Shown: positions 23,222 to 34,165, numbered from the stretch's first letter. The stretch is DNA of 64,000 nt from Thermodesulfobacteriota bacterium (GCA_965223335.1 OZ244991.1:1536001-1600000); one strand, 5' to 3'. A program made the numbers and translations. Notes: a model not told the origin generated them from the letters alone.

Positions 23222-25489
23222 ATGAAGGATGAGAATAAAACAAAAAAACAGCTTGTAGGCGAGCTCCAAGATCTTAGGCACTACATTAAAACTCTTGAGA
23301 ATAAGCAGGCTGAGCTACGCCAAAACCTAAATACCAGTATTGAGGACAAGAACTTATATCTGGATATCTACCGCTGCCTAAACAACGCGGTGTTGTTAGT
23401 CGCCCCTAATGAGGACAGGATTCTGGATGCAAATGAAAAGGCGTCTGAGTTATTGGGCTATACCCGCGATGAGTTTCTAAGCCTCCCGATCTCTACAATA
23501 CATCCCAACGAAATGTTCTCCATGAAGAAATTTGCCGATAAGGTGTTTGAGAACGGTAACGGATGGACCGATGAACTTACGTGTATAGCCCGATCGGGCG
23601 ATATTGTACATACCTCTATTTCTGCATCTAAGTTAACAATAGGGGACAAAGACTGCATGCTGGCAATCATTACTGATATTAGCGAGAGAAAAAGATCTGA
23701 GCGAGTTGTTCAAGAGAACATTGATTCGATGCTCAAGATCAACCGTAAAGACCGAATAATTAGATTAGTTACCCAAGGTGTCCATAAATCACTCAACTTA
23801 GATCGTATATTCGATAACATCGTAAAAACGATCCACGAAAATATGCATAACGCTGAGAACGCTGCTATATTTTTGGTAGAGGGAGATTTTATGGTACTTA
23901 AGGCACATCGGGGTTTTGATCCGGGGTTTATATCGACATTATCCAGAATTCCGAGAGGCGCAGGGTATCTATGGTATTCGGTGGTAAATGGTGTAAACGT
24001 TCATTCCAATAATGTGCAAGAGGATAAATTAATAGGTGATAAAGGCAAAAAGGCTGGTATTAAGAGTTATATGGCGTCACCTATATTCTATCAAGGTAAA
24101 TCAATTGGTGCTGTCTCTCTGTGTTCAATGCATACGACTGGTGCATACAGTAACGAGGATATAGAGCTATTAAGTATAATTGCGAGACAGGCTGAGCTTG
24201 CGATTACCCATGCCAGGCAAACTTCAGAACTTAGTGATAGTGAGAAGAGGTTCAGGGTCGTAGCGGATTCTGCCCCGATAATGATATGGATTTCAGGTAT
24301 AGACAAACTCTTAACATTTGTAAATCAAGGCTGGCTCGATTTTACAGGGAGGACATTTGATCAAGAGATCGGAAACGGGTGGTCAGAACTTATACATCCC
24401 GATGACCTTGAGCGTACTTTCAAACTATATAACAAATCGTTCGATGCACGCGAACAATATTCGATAGAAACTCGTTTCAAGAGACAAGACGGTGAATACA
24501 GGTGGCTGCTCATCACCGGTGTGCCGAGATACGAAGGCGGTAATTTCATGGGGTTTATAGGATCATGTGTGGATGTGACGGATAGGATGGATATTGAGAT
24601 CAAACTCAGGAACAACGAAACGTTGTTACGCTTAATAGATAGATTATCCGAATCTTCACACCAGGGGTTGGGAGACGGTGAAACAGTAAAGTCGGTTTTG
24701 GATATTATTGTTGAACATTTTCAGAACATGAGGGTCAGTTACTCACACCTCGATCCTGTGGGCAACTTCAACACACTAGTGGCTTTGCTGCCCGAGCCGG
24801 AATTTGAATTAAAAGCCATAGAGGCAGATGTGTCTATTGCCCCCAAGTATATAGAGATGCTGAGCAGGGGTGAAACCGTGGTAGTCAGTGATGTGACCAA
24901 AGATCAAAATATCGGTCTTTTATCGGGAGTATTTAAATCAACCGGTTCTATGGCGTTTCTAGAGGTACCTGTGGATCTCGGTTCAGACCTAATCGGAGTA
25001 ATAACGATAGAGAGTTATCAACCCAGGGAGTGGTCTGGGGAGGAAATAAATTTGATCGAAGATGTAGCTAAGCAATTGTCTCATACACTTGGGGAGACCC
25101 GATATAATGAGGATATGCAAAATATAAAGAACTTGAGTGTGCTCGACAATCATGCACTTAATATGACTACAGATGGTGTGTGTATAGTTGACGTTGATGG
25201 TTTGATTATTAAAACAAACCCATCGTTTGATAATATGTTCGGGTATAAACATGATAATCTGGTTAACAGAAATCTCGTAGTTTTGGATTGTAGGACTCTC
25301 GAAGAGAACTCACACATTAGCGAGTTGATAGCCAATAAGATTGAGAAATACTCCATGTGGAAAGGTAACTTTAAGAATCTTGATATCAATGATAGGGAAT
25401 TCATGACCCAGGTTCAAATATCTTTTTTAGATATTGCGGGTACCGGTTACTGGATAACAGTACACAAACCGATTAATCTCGACAGTTAA
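23222..25489 (+). CDS. Multi-sensor protein: coiled coil-PAS-GAF-PAS-GAF-PAS, no recognisable output domain
   Basis: PAS motifs (DANEKA...DISERK; VNQGW...IHPDD...DVTDR; TNPSFDNMFGY) and GAF motifs (SYMASPI...IGAVSL; FLEVPV...IGVITI..PREWS). Confidence 0.85.
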   Translation: MKDENKTKKQLVGELQDLRHYIKTLENKQAELRQNLNTSIEDKNLYLDIYRCLNNAVLLVAPNEDRILDANEKASELLGYTRDEFLSLPISTIHPNEMFSMKKFADKVFENGNGWTDELTCIARSGDIVHTSISASKLTIGDKDCMLAIITDISERKRSERVVQENIDSMLKINRKDRIIRLVTQGVHKSLNLDRIFDNIVKTIHENMHNAENAAIFLVEGDFMVLKAHRGFDPGFISTLSRIPRGAGYLWYSVVNGVNVHSNNVQEDKLIGDKGKKAGIKSYMASPIFYQGKSIGAVSLCSMHTTGAYSNEDIELLSIIARQAELAITHARQTSELSDSEKRFRVVADSAPIMIWISGIDKLLTFVNQGWLDFTGRTFDQEIGNGWSELIHPDDLERTFKLYNKSFDAREQYSIETRFKRQDGEYRWLLITGVPRYEGGNFMGFIGSCVDVTDRMDIEIKLRNNETLLRLIDRLSESSHQGLGDGETVKSVLDIIVEHFQNMRVSYSHLDPVGNFNTLVALLPEPEFELKAIEADVSIAPKYIEMLSRGETVVVSDVTKDQNIGLLSGVFKSTGSMAFLEVPVDLGSDLIGVITIESYQPREWSGEEINLIEDVAKQLSHTLGETRYNEDMQNIKNLSVLDNHALNMTTDGVCIVDVDGLIIKTNPSFDNMFGYKHDNLVNRNLVVLDCRTLEENSHISELIANKIEKYSMWKGNFKNLDINDREFMTQVQISFLDIAGTGYWITVHKPINLDS

Positions 25490-25575
25490 TTTCACACCTC
25501 TTTTGTAATCATACAAGCTCCTCTTTGTGTTTCTTAGATCATAATCGGCTATTCATGTTATAATTCGGTTTAGAT

Positions 25576-28500
25576 ATGCGTTTAAAAATGCTTAGACTGC
25601 TGCTGATATTTTTTGCTATCCTAGCAATATTTAATGTCGGCTTAGCGCTTGTACTCCGTAGCGGTTTATTTAAAGATTTTGTACGCGATGCAAGCAGTAA
25701 AATTGTAACCACTATAACCAACCAACCATTCACGATAGGGTCGATTGAAGGCAATTTCTTAAGCGGATTCACATTAAAAGATGTCTCATTTACTGTGGAT
25801 GGCGACTCGTTTGTCGAGGTCAAGAGCGCATCGATAAACTATTCTCTACCCTTACTCCTGGACAGCTCTATGCTTATCAACAAAGTAGTACCCATAAGTG
25901 CTATAAATGCCAATGGTGTGCTTATTAGGCTCAACAAGCATAAAGACGGCAGTTGGAATTACCAACGACTTGCAATAGACCATAAAAAAGAGAAGCCTAA
26001 AGAAAAGCCGGTGTGGAGCTATTTTGTAGACCGGCTGAGAATAGAGGATATACGGCTTGAGATTATAGACGATTCAAAGCCCGACACACTGGCTTTAAAC
26101 GCCGGGGAATTGCTTTTTTCTCTAAAGCTTATAAAAACGAACGAACAGATTGAACTAAACCTTCTCAATGCGAGTCTAGACGCGTTTTTTAACTCTCTGG
26201 ATATATCCAATGTACATGCCAATGCTATTTCCGGTCGGGCTGTATACACCGACGACAGGATCATGATCAAGAATTTGAGGGGAAAGGTAAACGATTCGGA
26301 TGTAAGGGTTGTGGGTGATATACATGATCTCAAAACCCCTAAATTTAATTTCGACGGTAGTGTGAGGGAATATAAAATCTACGACATCGGGGTTTTTAAT
26401 GCCGATTTCGAGGGCAGGGGGAGTTATAAAGAGCCTAACGATATAAAGATTGATGCTACTCTAAGTGTCTTGGATTCTCGGTTGATGGGCAACAAAGTGT
26501 CGGGTGAGGTGGGCAGGTTTAGGATGGATACAGAGGAGTTGATATTTGAGAACTCTCAACTTTCCTCTGAGCTCGGTACAATAGATATTTCCGGTAAAGT
26601 GCTTCTCTCCGAGCTTTTTAATAAGGGTAAAAGCAATGATTATAAGTTCGATATTAAACTTAGCGATCTACAAACGACAGAGTTTGTAAATATTTTGGAA
26701 AATCGCTCTATTTGGATTGCACCCGAATTTCTAAATCGGGAGCTCGATACACTACTAAACGGTTTTTTAGATCTCAGCGGATCTTGGAAAAAAAACGGAC
26801 AACAGAACTACAGGGCAGAGCTAAGGGAGGTTAAATTAGCGACGACCGATAGAGGCAACCTAACCTTAAACGGCCCCGTCGAGGTTACAAACCAGAGTGC
26901 TAATATCGATCTAAATGTGGGCATAGAAAACATAGATGTAGCCGCTATCACCAATGATGACAACTACAAGAGCGATCTAAATGCCGCATTCAAAGTAAAA
27001 GCGTCGGGTCCACTCACAGAAGAAATTCTTACACTATCTACCATTAATTTGGAGGGGGAGCTAAAACCTTCAGCACTGCCCAACTTGAACATAAACGGGG
27101 CTACTATCAATGCTGCGTACTCGGACAATGTGCTGCGTATTAATAACCTCTCAATTGATTCGGATTCTCTAAACTTAAAAGCGAAAGACAGGGCTGCTAG
27201 CCCTCGTAATATGAATATAGGCTACGAGCTCGACGTTAAGGATATATCCTCGATTGAGTTTCTTAACCCTGAAGTTGACCTGGGTGGTGAGTTGCAACTT
27301 AGTGGGACGATACAAAATAATTTCATCAATCCCAAGATCTCGGCAAAGGGCAGTATCAAGGATTTTTTATTCAAAAACCACGGTTTTAAAGCCAAAACCG
27401 TTAATTTGAATGGGCAGACTAATATCGATCCCAGAGACTTAAAGCTCGATCTAAGCGCTGAAGTCATTGACGCATCGTGGAACAAGAGACCCATAAAAAA
27501 GGCATCTCTCCGGGCTGCAAGCAAGGGTGCGGGTATTGATATACAAGTTGATGTAAATGAAACAAAAAAGAGGAACTACAGCGCAAGCGCTACGTTAAAG
27601 GACATCACCCAAGAGAATAAAGAGCTTTCGATCAATACTTTAACTCTCGATATACACAAAAACATAATGAAGAATAAACGACCGATTACACTTGTGTTTG
27701 ATAACACCGGGGCTCGATTGGATTCGTTTAATCTCTATCACAAAAATAATTTTATTACAGGTGACGCGACTGTTGGATATAACGAACAGGTGGATGCTGA
27801 CATTGTAGTTAACGAACTAAGTTTGCTCGACTTGTCCGAGATATTTGACTTTAATCCCAAGCTCCATGGAGATGTTTCCGGCTCGGTCAATCTTACAGGT
27901 ACGCTCGATAAACCCTTAGTGGAGTCGAGTCTTGCTGCCCAAAACCTAGAGTACCTTAATTTCAAAAGCGACAGGATTGATTTCAATATAGGTTCTCGCC
28001 ATAAAGAGCTCGACCTAAAGTTATCTGTGACTCATAAAGACGAAAAACTGCTTTTAATTGCTGGGACACTATCGCACAATATAAATTTAAAAGAGGTTGA
28101 TAAAGGGCTTGAAAACGCCACTTTCACACTAAGTGCAAACTCCCCCGGGGTAGATATAAGCCCACTCGCAGCCTTTAACTCAGAGCTGCTTAAAATCGAC
28201 GGCAACCTCCATCTGGACATCGATGCATCGGGCAAGTTAATGAGCCCTAGCGTAGAGGGCAAGCTTATGGTCTCGGATGTGACCATGAAGCTCTTTTCGC
28301 TTAGGAATAAGGTTAAGATCCCAAAAGCCGTACTTAACTTTAACGGGGATAGTGGGGTCCTTGAGCCCGTGGCAATAGAGACCGGGGGCGGTGAGGGGAC
28401 GTTTACGGGAAGGGTTAATCTAAGAGACCTCACATATAGTGGTGAAGGGGTAATGAAGGGGCTACTCGCAAAGGCTAACCCCGACGACGTTACAATGAAT

Positions 28501-29460
28501 CTCGACGGTGAGGTTGCTGTAGAGGGTAAGTGGCTTAAATCCTATATAAAAGGTGATATCACTGCTACCAATATTCATGCTATTGTGCCCGAGGGGCCGA
28601 TTAAAGAGATCGAAAACATACATTTTGTCGACGGTAATATAGAGGACGAAGAATTTATTATTACGGATGTAAGACCCCCGGACCATTTCACAGAGAACGT
28701 CGCCATGGACATAGCTGTAAACGTGCCCAGGGACTCGTGGGTTAAGGGTGCGGGTGTGGATATAGAGGTTGAGGGCAAGCTCGATATCACGAAAAAATAC
28801 GGGGATCCCTATTTAGTGAGCGGCAATATCGATGTGGTGCGCGGGGACTATCAATTTATGGGCAAGCTATTTAGGATTGAGGGCGGTACGGTGAGTTTCA
28901 GGGGTAAGGATATTATCGACCCCTTCCTGGATATAAGGGCTCTTTACGAGGTCTCGAGTGTGGATGTGTTTATCAACATCACGGGGACTGCCGAAAAGCC
29001 CAAGATCCAGCTCTCGAGCGACCCTCCGCTCGACGAAACGGAAATAGTGTCATATCTGGTGTTCGGCACATCGTCTGAGAACCTGGGCACCGATGAGAGG
29101 GCCTCGCTCCAAGAAAAGGCAGGGGAATTCCTGGGCACCATGGCTGTGGACGAGATACGCGAGATATTCGGAGATGAGTTTGCGCTCGATGTGATCACTA
29201 TCAAGGGTGGTCAGACCGGGTTTAGAGACACACATATGGAGGTGGGCAAGTATATTACCGAGGACCTCTATGTGGGGTATGAGAGGTTTTCATACGAGAG
29301 GTTTTTTTACGAGAGGTATTTCTTTAGCCCAGGTGTCCCGCAGTCCACTGTTACTGCCAACAGGGCTGTTATTGAGTTCCGCGTATTCGATTTCCTGACA
29401 CTTGAGAGTGAGATAGGGGAAGAATCGGGTGCAGATGTGTTTTTTAATTTCAACTACTGA
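25576..29460 (+). CDS. tamB: Translocation/assembly module TamB domain protein
   Basis: N-terminal TM anchor, long beta-rich body, C-terminal DUF490-like region (G.Y.F.GK.F.I..G, GTAEKPKIQLSSDPPL.E.EIVSYLVFG, VGKYITEDLYV). Confidence 0.85.
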   Translation: MRLKMLRLLLIFFAILAIFNVGLALVLRSGLFKDFVRDASSKIVTTITNQPFTIGSIEGNFLSGFTLKDVSFTVDGDSFVEVKSASINYSLPLLLDSSMLINKVVPISAINANGVLIRLNKHKDGSWNYQRLAIDHKKEKPKEKPVWSYFVDRLRIEDIRLEIIDDSKPDTLALNAGELLFSLKLIKTNEQIELNLLNASLDAFFNSLDISNVHANAISGRAVYTDDRIMIKNLRGKVNDSDVRVVGDIHDLKTPKFNFDGSVREYKIYDIGVFNADFEGRGSYKEPNDIKIDATLSVLDSRLMGNKVSGEVGRFRMDTEELIFENSQLSSELGTIDISGKVLLSELFNKGKSNDYKFDIKLSDLQTTEFVNILENRSIWIAPEFLNRELDTLLNGFLDLSGSWKKNGQQNYRAELREVKLATTDRGNLTLNGPVEVTNQSANIDLNVGIENIDVAAITNDDNYKSDLNAAFKVKASGPLTEEILTLSTINLEGELKPSALPNLNINGATINAAYSDNVLRINNLSIDSDSLNLKAKDRAASPRNMNIGYELDVKDISSIEFLNPEVDLGGELQLSGTIQNNFINPKISAKGSIKDFLFKNHGFKAKTVNLNGQTNIDPRDLKLDLSAEVIDASWNKRPIKKASLRAASKGAGIDIQVDVNETKKRNYSASATLKDITQENKELSINTLTLDIHKNIMKNKRPITLVFDNTGARLDSFNLYHKNNFITGDATVGYNEQVDADIVVNELSLLDLSEIFDFNPKLHGDVSGSVNLTGTLDKPLVESSLAAQNLEYLNFKSDRIDFNIGSRHKELDLKLSVTHKDEKLLLIAGTLSHNINLKEVDKGLENATFTLSANSPGVDISPLAAFNSELLKIDGNLHLDIDASGKLMSPSVEGKLMVSDVTMKLFSLRNKVKIPKAVLNFNGDSGVLEPVAIETGGGEGTFTGRVNLRDLTYSGEGVMKGLLAKANPDDVTMNLDGEVAVEGKWLKSYIKGDITATNIHAIVPEGPIKEIENIHFVDGNIEDEEFIITDVRPPDHFTENVAMDIAVNVPRDSWVKGAGVDIEVEGKLDITKKYGDPYLVSGNIDVVRGDYQFMGKLFRIEGGTVSFRGKDIIDPFLDIRALYEVSSVDVFINITGTAEKPKIQLSSDPPLDETEIVSYLVFGTSSENLGTDERASLQEKAGEFLGTMAVDEIREIFGDEFALDVITIKGGQTGFRDTHMEVGKYITEDLYVGYERFSYERFFYERYFFSPGVPQSTVTANRAVIEFRVFDFLTLESEIGEESGADVFFNFNY
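29278..29322 (+). repeat. Three imperfect 15-nt tandem repeats in tamB (YERFS/YERFF/YERYF)
   Basis: tatgagaggttttca tacgagaggtttttt tacgagaggtatttc. Confidence 0.8.
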
Positions 29461-29481
29461 TTCTCGGTAACGGTAGGTGGT

Positions 29482-30666
29482 CTAGTCACTTAACACGCGG
29501 CGGATGCCTCTTGCGGCCTGCATAATCCTCTGCTCGTTTTCTACGAGTGCCAGCCTCACAAAGCCCTCCCCATGGTTTCCGAACCCAATGCCGGGTGAGA
29601 CTGCGACCTTGGCCTCTTCGATGAGCATCTTAGAGAATTCTAGCGAGCCCATCTGCTTGAATTTCTCGGGGATCTCTGCCCACACAAACATTGTCCCCTG
29701 AGGGCTTGGTATCTCCCAGCCGGCTCTTGAGAACCCCTCGATAAGTCTGTCCCTGCGCGATTTGTAAAGGTTTTTTACCTCTTCCACACAATCCTGGGGC
29801 CCGTTAAGAGCTTGTATTGCTGCGACCTGAATGGGTGTAAATATTCCATAGTCCATATAGCTCTTTATTCGTTTAAGTGCGGAAACCACAGTAGGGTTGC
29901 CTACCATAAACCCCACGCGCCACCCCGGCATGTTATAGCTCTTGGATAGTGAATAGAACTCCACCCCTAATTCTTTAGCCCCCGGCACCTGAAGAAAACT
30001 CGGGGCCTCGTAATCGTCGAAGCAGAGCTCTGCGTATGCCAGATCATGTACAACTATCAAGCCCGCCTCTTTTGCCAGCTCGTAAATATCTTTAAAGAAA
30101 TCCAAGTCCACAACCTTGGTCGTGGGGTTATTTGGAAACGAGATCATAAGCACCTTGGGTTTGGGCCACACCTCCTTAACAGCGCTCTCTATGGTCTCTA
30201 TGAGGTTGTCATCATCGTAAAGCGGTACACTCTGGACGTCCCCCCGAGCTATTATCACCGAATAGAGGTGAATCGGGTATGCGGGGTTGGGTACTATGAC
30301 CATATCCCCCGGGGATAGAATCGAGAGCATCAGGTGGGAGATACCCTCCTTTGACCCTATAGTGACCACGGTCTCCGAGTCGGGGTCTAGGTCTACGTCA
30401 TATTTTCTTTTGTACCAGTCACAGATCGCAAGACGGAGTTTTGGGATACCTGCCGATGCGGAATACCTATGGGCCCGGGGATCACTGGCCGTGTCGATCA
30501 GTTTGTCTATGATGTGCTGGGGTGTGGGCTGATCGGGGTTGCCCATTCCGAGATCAATAATATCTTCTCCCCTGGCGCGTGCCTTGTATTTAAGTTCATT
30601 TACAATACTGAACACATACGGGGGGAGGCGTCGTATAAGGGAAAATTCTTCTGGTGAATATTGCAT
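29482..30666 (-). CDS. alaC: Class I/II PLP aminotransferase, AlaC-like alanine transaminase
   Basis: [40 protein letters not shown]; closely recalls E. coli AlaC. Confidence 0.8.
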   Translation of the reverse strand: MQYSPEEFSLIRRLPPYVFSIVNELKYKARARGEDIIDLGMGNPDQPTPQHIIDKLIDTASDPRAHRYSASAGIPKLRLAICDWYKRKYDVDLDPDSETVVTIGSKEGISHLMLSILSPGDMVIVPNPAYPIHLYSVIIARGDVQSVPLYDDDNLIETIESAVKEVWPKPKVLMISFPNNPTTKVVDLDFFKDIYELAKEAGLIVVHDLAYAELCFDDYEAPSFLQVPGAKELGVEFYSLSKSYNMPGWRVGFMVGNPTVVSALKRIKSYMDYGIFTPIQVAAIQALNGPQDCVEEVKNLYKSRRDRLIEGFSRAGWEIPSPQGTMFVWAEIPEKFKQMGSLEFSKMLIEEAKVAVSPGIGFGNHGEGFVRLALVENEQRIMQAARGIRRVLSD

Positions 30667-30760
30667 AATTAATCCTTGGTTATTCCGACTATTTTAGTCC
30701 AATCCTTGACAATCTCAAGAAATTTAAGTGAAAATAGTATTCCATACCCAAAGTACTCTT

Positions 30761-31162
30761 ATGCTGAATAAAATAATTACCTACTCAATTATATTGGCAT
30801 TCGTTGTTCTATGTCCTCTGGCGGGTGCCCAAGATTCCTCTACACAGGTCGGCCGGGCATCGTGGTACGGCAAAAAACACCATGGCAAGAGGACGGCTAA
30901 CGGTGAGAGGTTTGACATGCATGCCCTCACGGCGGCTCACCGTACTCTGCCTTTCGGTACGAGGATAAGGGTGCTCAATCTATCCAATGGCAGGGAAGTA
31001 GTGGTGAGGATAAACGACCGGGGCCCCTACGTGAAAAAACGTATCATAGACCTTTCGCACAGGGCCGCTAAGGATATCGGTATGTTGCGCCAGGGTGTGG
31101 CAAGAGTGAAAATAGAGATTATTGTAGAACCGTCCGAGGCCCTACACACTTCCAGATTCTAA
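30761..31162 (+). CDS. rlpA: RlpA family lytic transglycosylase (DPBB domain only)
   Basis: [31 protein letters not shown]; no lipobox or SPOR domain. Confidence 0.9.
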   Translation: MLNKIITYSIILAFVVLCPLAGAQDSSTQVGRASWYGKKHHGKRTANGERFDMHALTAAHRTLPFGTRIRVLNLSNGREVVVRINDRGPYVKKRIIDLSHRAAKDIGMLRQGVARVKIEIIVEPSEALHTSRF

Positions 31163-31192
31163 TTTATACTTGATAATAATAGGTAAATAAGT

Positions 31193-31867
31193 ATGAAGAA
31201 TGTATCGCTATCCATACTCATACTGTCCCTTGTGCTATTTTCGTGCGCTAAGCGTGGGGGATACCCTCCAGGCAGCGTAGAGCAGGGCCCTTCACAAGAG
31301 GTCTATGTTAAAGACGGTTACACCCAGGTGGGTATAGCGTCGTGGTATGGGATAGAGGAGCATAATAATAGGGCTGCGAGCGGCGAGCGTTTTAGTAAGT
31401 ATGCCTATACTGCGGCTCACAAGACTCTGCCCATGGGCACAGTGGTCAGAGTGACTAATTTAGAAAACGGTAGAGATGTGATAGTGAAGATTAATGACAG
31501 GGGGCCGTTTGTAGCAGGCCGCATAATAGACCTTTCACATGCCGCTGCCAAGTCGGTCGACATGATCACGCAGGGCACTGTTAAGGTTAAGGTAGAGGTC
31601 ATCTCTACCCCGTCCAGTAGAGACTCTAGCTATTTTGACGCACTCTACACCGTCCAGGTCGCATCCTTTAGTGATAACTCAAATGCCCGGAAGGTAAAGA
31701 TGAAGCTCGACAGGGAATATGACGATGTACGCGTGGAGCAGATAAAAGTAGGAGGCGATATTTTCTATAGGGTTAGGGTAGGTAGGTACTCTACAAAGAA
31801 CGATGCCCAGGAAACTGCCAAGAAACTTAGCAAACAGGGTTATAACAGCAGGGTCATTCTCGAGTAG
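31193..31867 (+). CDS. rlpA: RlpA family lipoprotein with SPOR domain
   Basis: Lipobox LFSC, ASWYG, TAAHKTLP, INDRGPF, C-terminal VQVASF...YRVRVG. Confidence 0.92.
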   Translation: MKNVSLSILILSLVLFSCAKRGGYPPGSVEQGPSQEVYVKDGYTQVGIASWYGIEEHNNRAASGERFSKYAYTAAHKTLPMGTVVRVTNLENGRDVIVKINDRGPFVAGRIIDLSHAAAKSVDMITQGTVKVKVEVISTPSSRDSSYFDALYTVQVASFSDNSNARKVKMKLDREYDDVRVEQIKVGGDIFYRVRVGRYSTKNDAQETAKKLSKQGYNSRVILE

Positions 31868-32008
31868 TTAAGTCCATCCATCAACAATTATCTTAGTAAG
31901 TTGAAGAATTTAATATTAAGCAATAGTCCGTAATACCCGGTATATTAACAAAATAATCTTAAGTTATCTAAGGTTAACTACAACTCCATGGTTAGTAGGG
32001 GTGATAAG

Positions 32009-32869
32009 ATGAACGGTTTTGTAAAGTCACACGGACTCGGTAATGACTACATTGTTATGATTGAACAAGAACTTAGCTATGAGCTTAGGCCCAAAGTTAT
32101 TGAGCTTATATGCCACAGAAACTATGGCGTGGGTTCGGACGGGATTTTACTGCTTAGAGAATCGGACAAAGCTGATTTCGGTCTTAGGATTTTAAACCCC
32201 GATGGGTCAGAGGCAGAAAAAAGCGGTAACGGCCTTAGGATATTTGCCAAATACTTATACGAACACGGACACACGGACCAAAGCAGATTTACTATCGACA
32301 CGCTTGGGGGCATTGTGACAGCAGAGCTTGAAATTGATGGTGGGAAAGTAGATTACGTTACAGTAGAGATGGGTACCGCAACTTTCAAAAGTAATAAAAT
32401 ACCTGTAGCCGGCGAACCGCGAGAGGTGGTAGCTGAGAAAATCGATGTGGAGGGGGAAGAGCTCATATACACGTCGGTCTCAGTCGGCAATCCCCACTGT
32501 GTAGTGTTTGAACCCAATCTCGATGAAACAAGAATAAGAAAACTGGGGCCCGTGCTGGAAACACACCCCAATTTTCCAAACCGAATTAATGTACAGTTTG
32601 CCAAGGTTCGCGACAGGGGTAATGTGGATATACTAATATGGGAAAGGGGCGCAGGCTACACGCTTGCGTCGGGCAGCAGCTCGTGTGCAGTGGCTTCGGC
32701 CTGTGTCAAAAACGGATTCACAGATTCTCAAGTTACGGTCTCTATGCCCGGGGGGCAATTGGATATAGAGATAAGGGACGACTGGAGCATAAAGATGCGA
32801 GGGCCGGTGGAAGAGGTTGCATCGGGTACGCTAAGTGCAAATCTACTCTCTAGAATAGAGTCTATGTAA
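32009..32869 (+). CDS. dapF: Diaminopimelate epimerase
   Basis: KSHGLGNDY, GVGSDG, NPDGSEAEKSGNG, VGNPHCV, WERGAGYTLASGS. Confidence 0.92.
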   Translation: MNGFVKSHGLGNDYIVMIEQELSYELRPKVIELICHRNYGVGSDGILLLRESDKADFGLRILNPDGSEAEKSGNGLRIFAKYLYEHGHTDQSRFTIDTLGGIVTAELEIDGGKVDYVTVEMGTATFKSNKIPVAGEPREVVAEKIDVEGEELIYTSVSVGNPHCVVFEPNLDETRIRKLGPVLETHPNFPNRINVQFAKVRDRGNVDILIWERGAGYTLASGSSSCAVASACVKNGFTDSQVTVSMPGGQLDIEIRDDWSIKMRGPVEEVASGTLSANLLSRIESM

Positions 32870-32899
32870 TCAAAACCGGTCTTACCTATACTTTGGATT

Positions 32900-34165
32900 A
32901 TGGCAGGGGCTATGGATAAGTTTCTTATGACAGCTGAGTTTGTTTTGCCCATCTCCTCCGAGCCTATAGTGGATGGAGGGGTATTAGTAAAAAAAGGCAA
33001 GATTAAAGAACTTGGAACCGCCAAATCACTCAAGCTTAAATACAAGGACATAAAATCTTACGACCTGGGCAGAGGGATTCTACTGCCGGGGTTTGTAAAT
33101 GCCCACACCCATCTCGAGCTTGGATGGATCAAAGGCAGGATAGGCAACTTTTCGGATTTCATCGGCTGGTTAAAACAGATTGTAAGCGCTAAAAGAGAGG
33201 GGGCAGATACTCAAGAGGTCCGGGAATCGGTTAGTGCGGGCATAGATGTGCTGATCCGTAGCGGTGTCACTACTGTGGGAGAAATCTCGTCCTACGATGG
33301 AGCCGATATCCCCATATTAAAGGATTCCGGGCTTCGCACTGTACTATATAAAGAGCTTGTGGACAGTAAACCGAAAATCCCCAAACTAGATAGCTCGGGA
33401 AATAAGGGCCTATACGAGGAGAGGCTCTTTCCCCATGCACCTTACTCCTGTTCACCGTCACTCCTCGAGCAGGTGCTTAAGTCTTATAAAAAAAAGAGTG
33501 TACCTCTGGGTATACACCTGGCCGAGAGCCCCCAGGAGGTTTTGTTTGTAAACGGCAAGAAAAACGGTTTTGAACAGATCATCTTTCCGCTCATCAGCAA
33601 AGAATCGTTTTTAAAGCACCGGGCAAAAACACCTGTGGGCTATCTCGAGAAAATGGGTTTCTTGGACGATACGGATATCACTTTAATCCACATGGTACAG
33701 GTTGAGCCCGATGAGATCGACTCAATAAATAGGCGCAACATAGGGATTGTGCTCTGTCCGAGGAGCAATATGTATCTTAAGGTGGGTATGCCTCCCATGG
33801 TGTATTACGGCGAACTGGACAGGGTAGGTGTCGGGACCGATGGATTGTCGAGCAATTTCAACCTGGATTTTTTTGAGGAGATAAGGTGTTTATACATGTT
33901 GTATTCCGGTGCGTTGGGCAGACGGGCAGCGTTTAGAACCGTATACAATGCTACATTAGGCGGCGCCAAATCAATTTTTTTAGACGAACACATCGGAAGT
34001 ATTGAGACAGATAAAGAGGCGGATTTAATATTTCTCAATTCATCAGAACTGTCAAAAGACCCTTACATGAGTGTAATTTCTTCCTCTGCTGCCAACCTGC
34101 GGATGTCCATGGTATCAGGCAGAGTGATCTACAGCAAAATCGATGGACTTAACGAACTATCGTAA
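32900..34165 (+). CDS. Amidohydrolase-superfamily deaminase, probable aminodeoxyfutalosine deaminase
   Basis: GFVNAHTHLEL, HAPYSCS, HLAES, GTDGLSSN; mqnA/mqnD are 6-7 kb away. Confidence 0.75.
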   Translation: MAGAMDKFLMTAEFVLPISSEPIVDGGVLVKKGKIKELGTAKSLKLKYKDIKSYDLGRGILLPGFVNAHTHLELGWIKGRIGNFSDFIGWLKQIVSAKREGADTQEVRESVSAGIDVLIRSGVTTVGEISSYDGADIPILKDSGLRTVLYKELVDSKPKIPKLDSSGNKGLYEERLFPHAPYSCSPSLLEQVLKSYKKKSVPLGIHLAESPQEVLFVNGKKNGFEQIIFPLISKESFLKHRAKTPVGYLEKMGFLDDTDITLIHMVQVEPDEIDSINRRNIGIVLCPRSNMYLKVGMPPMVYYGELDRVGVGTDGLSSNFNLDFFEEIRCLYMLYSGALGRRAAFRTVYNATLGGAKSIFLDEHIGSIETDKEADLIFLNSSELSKDPYMSVISSSAANLRMSMVSGRVIYSKIDGLNELS

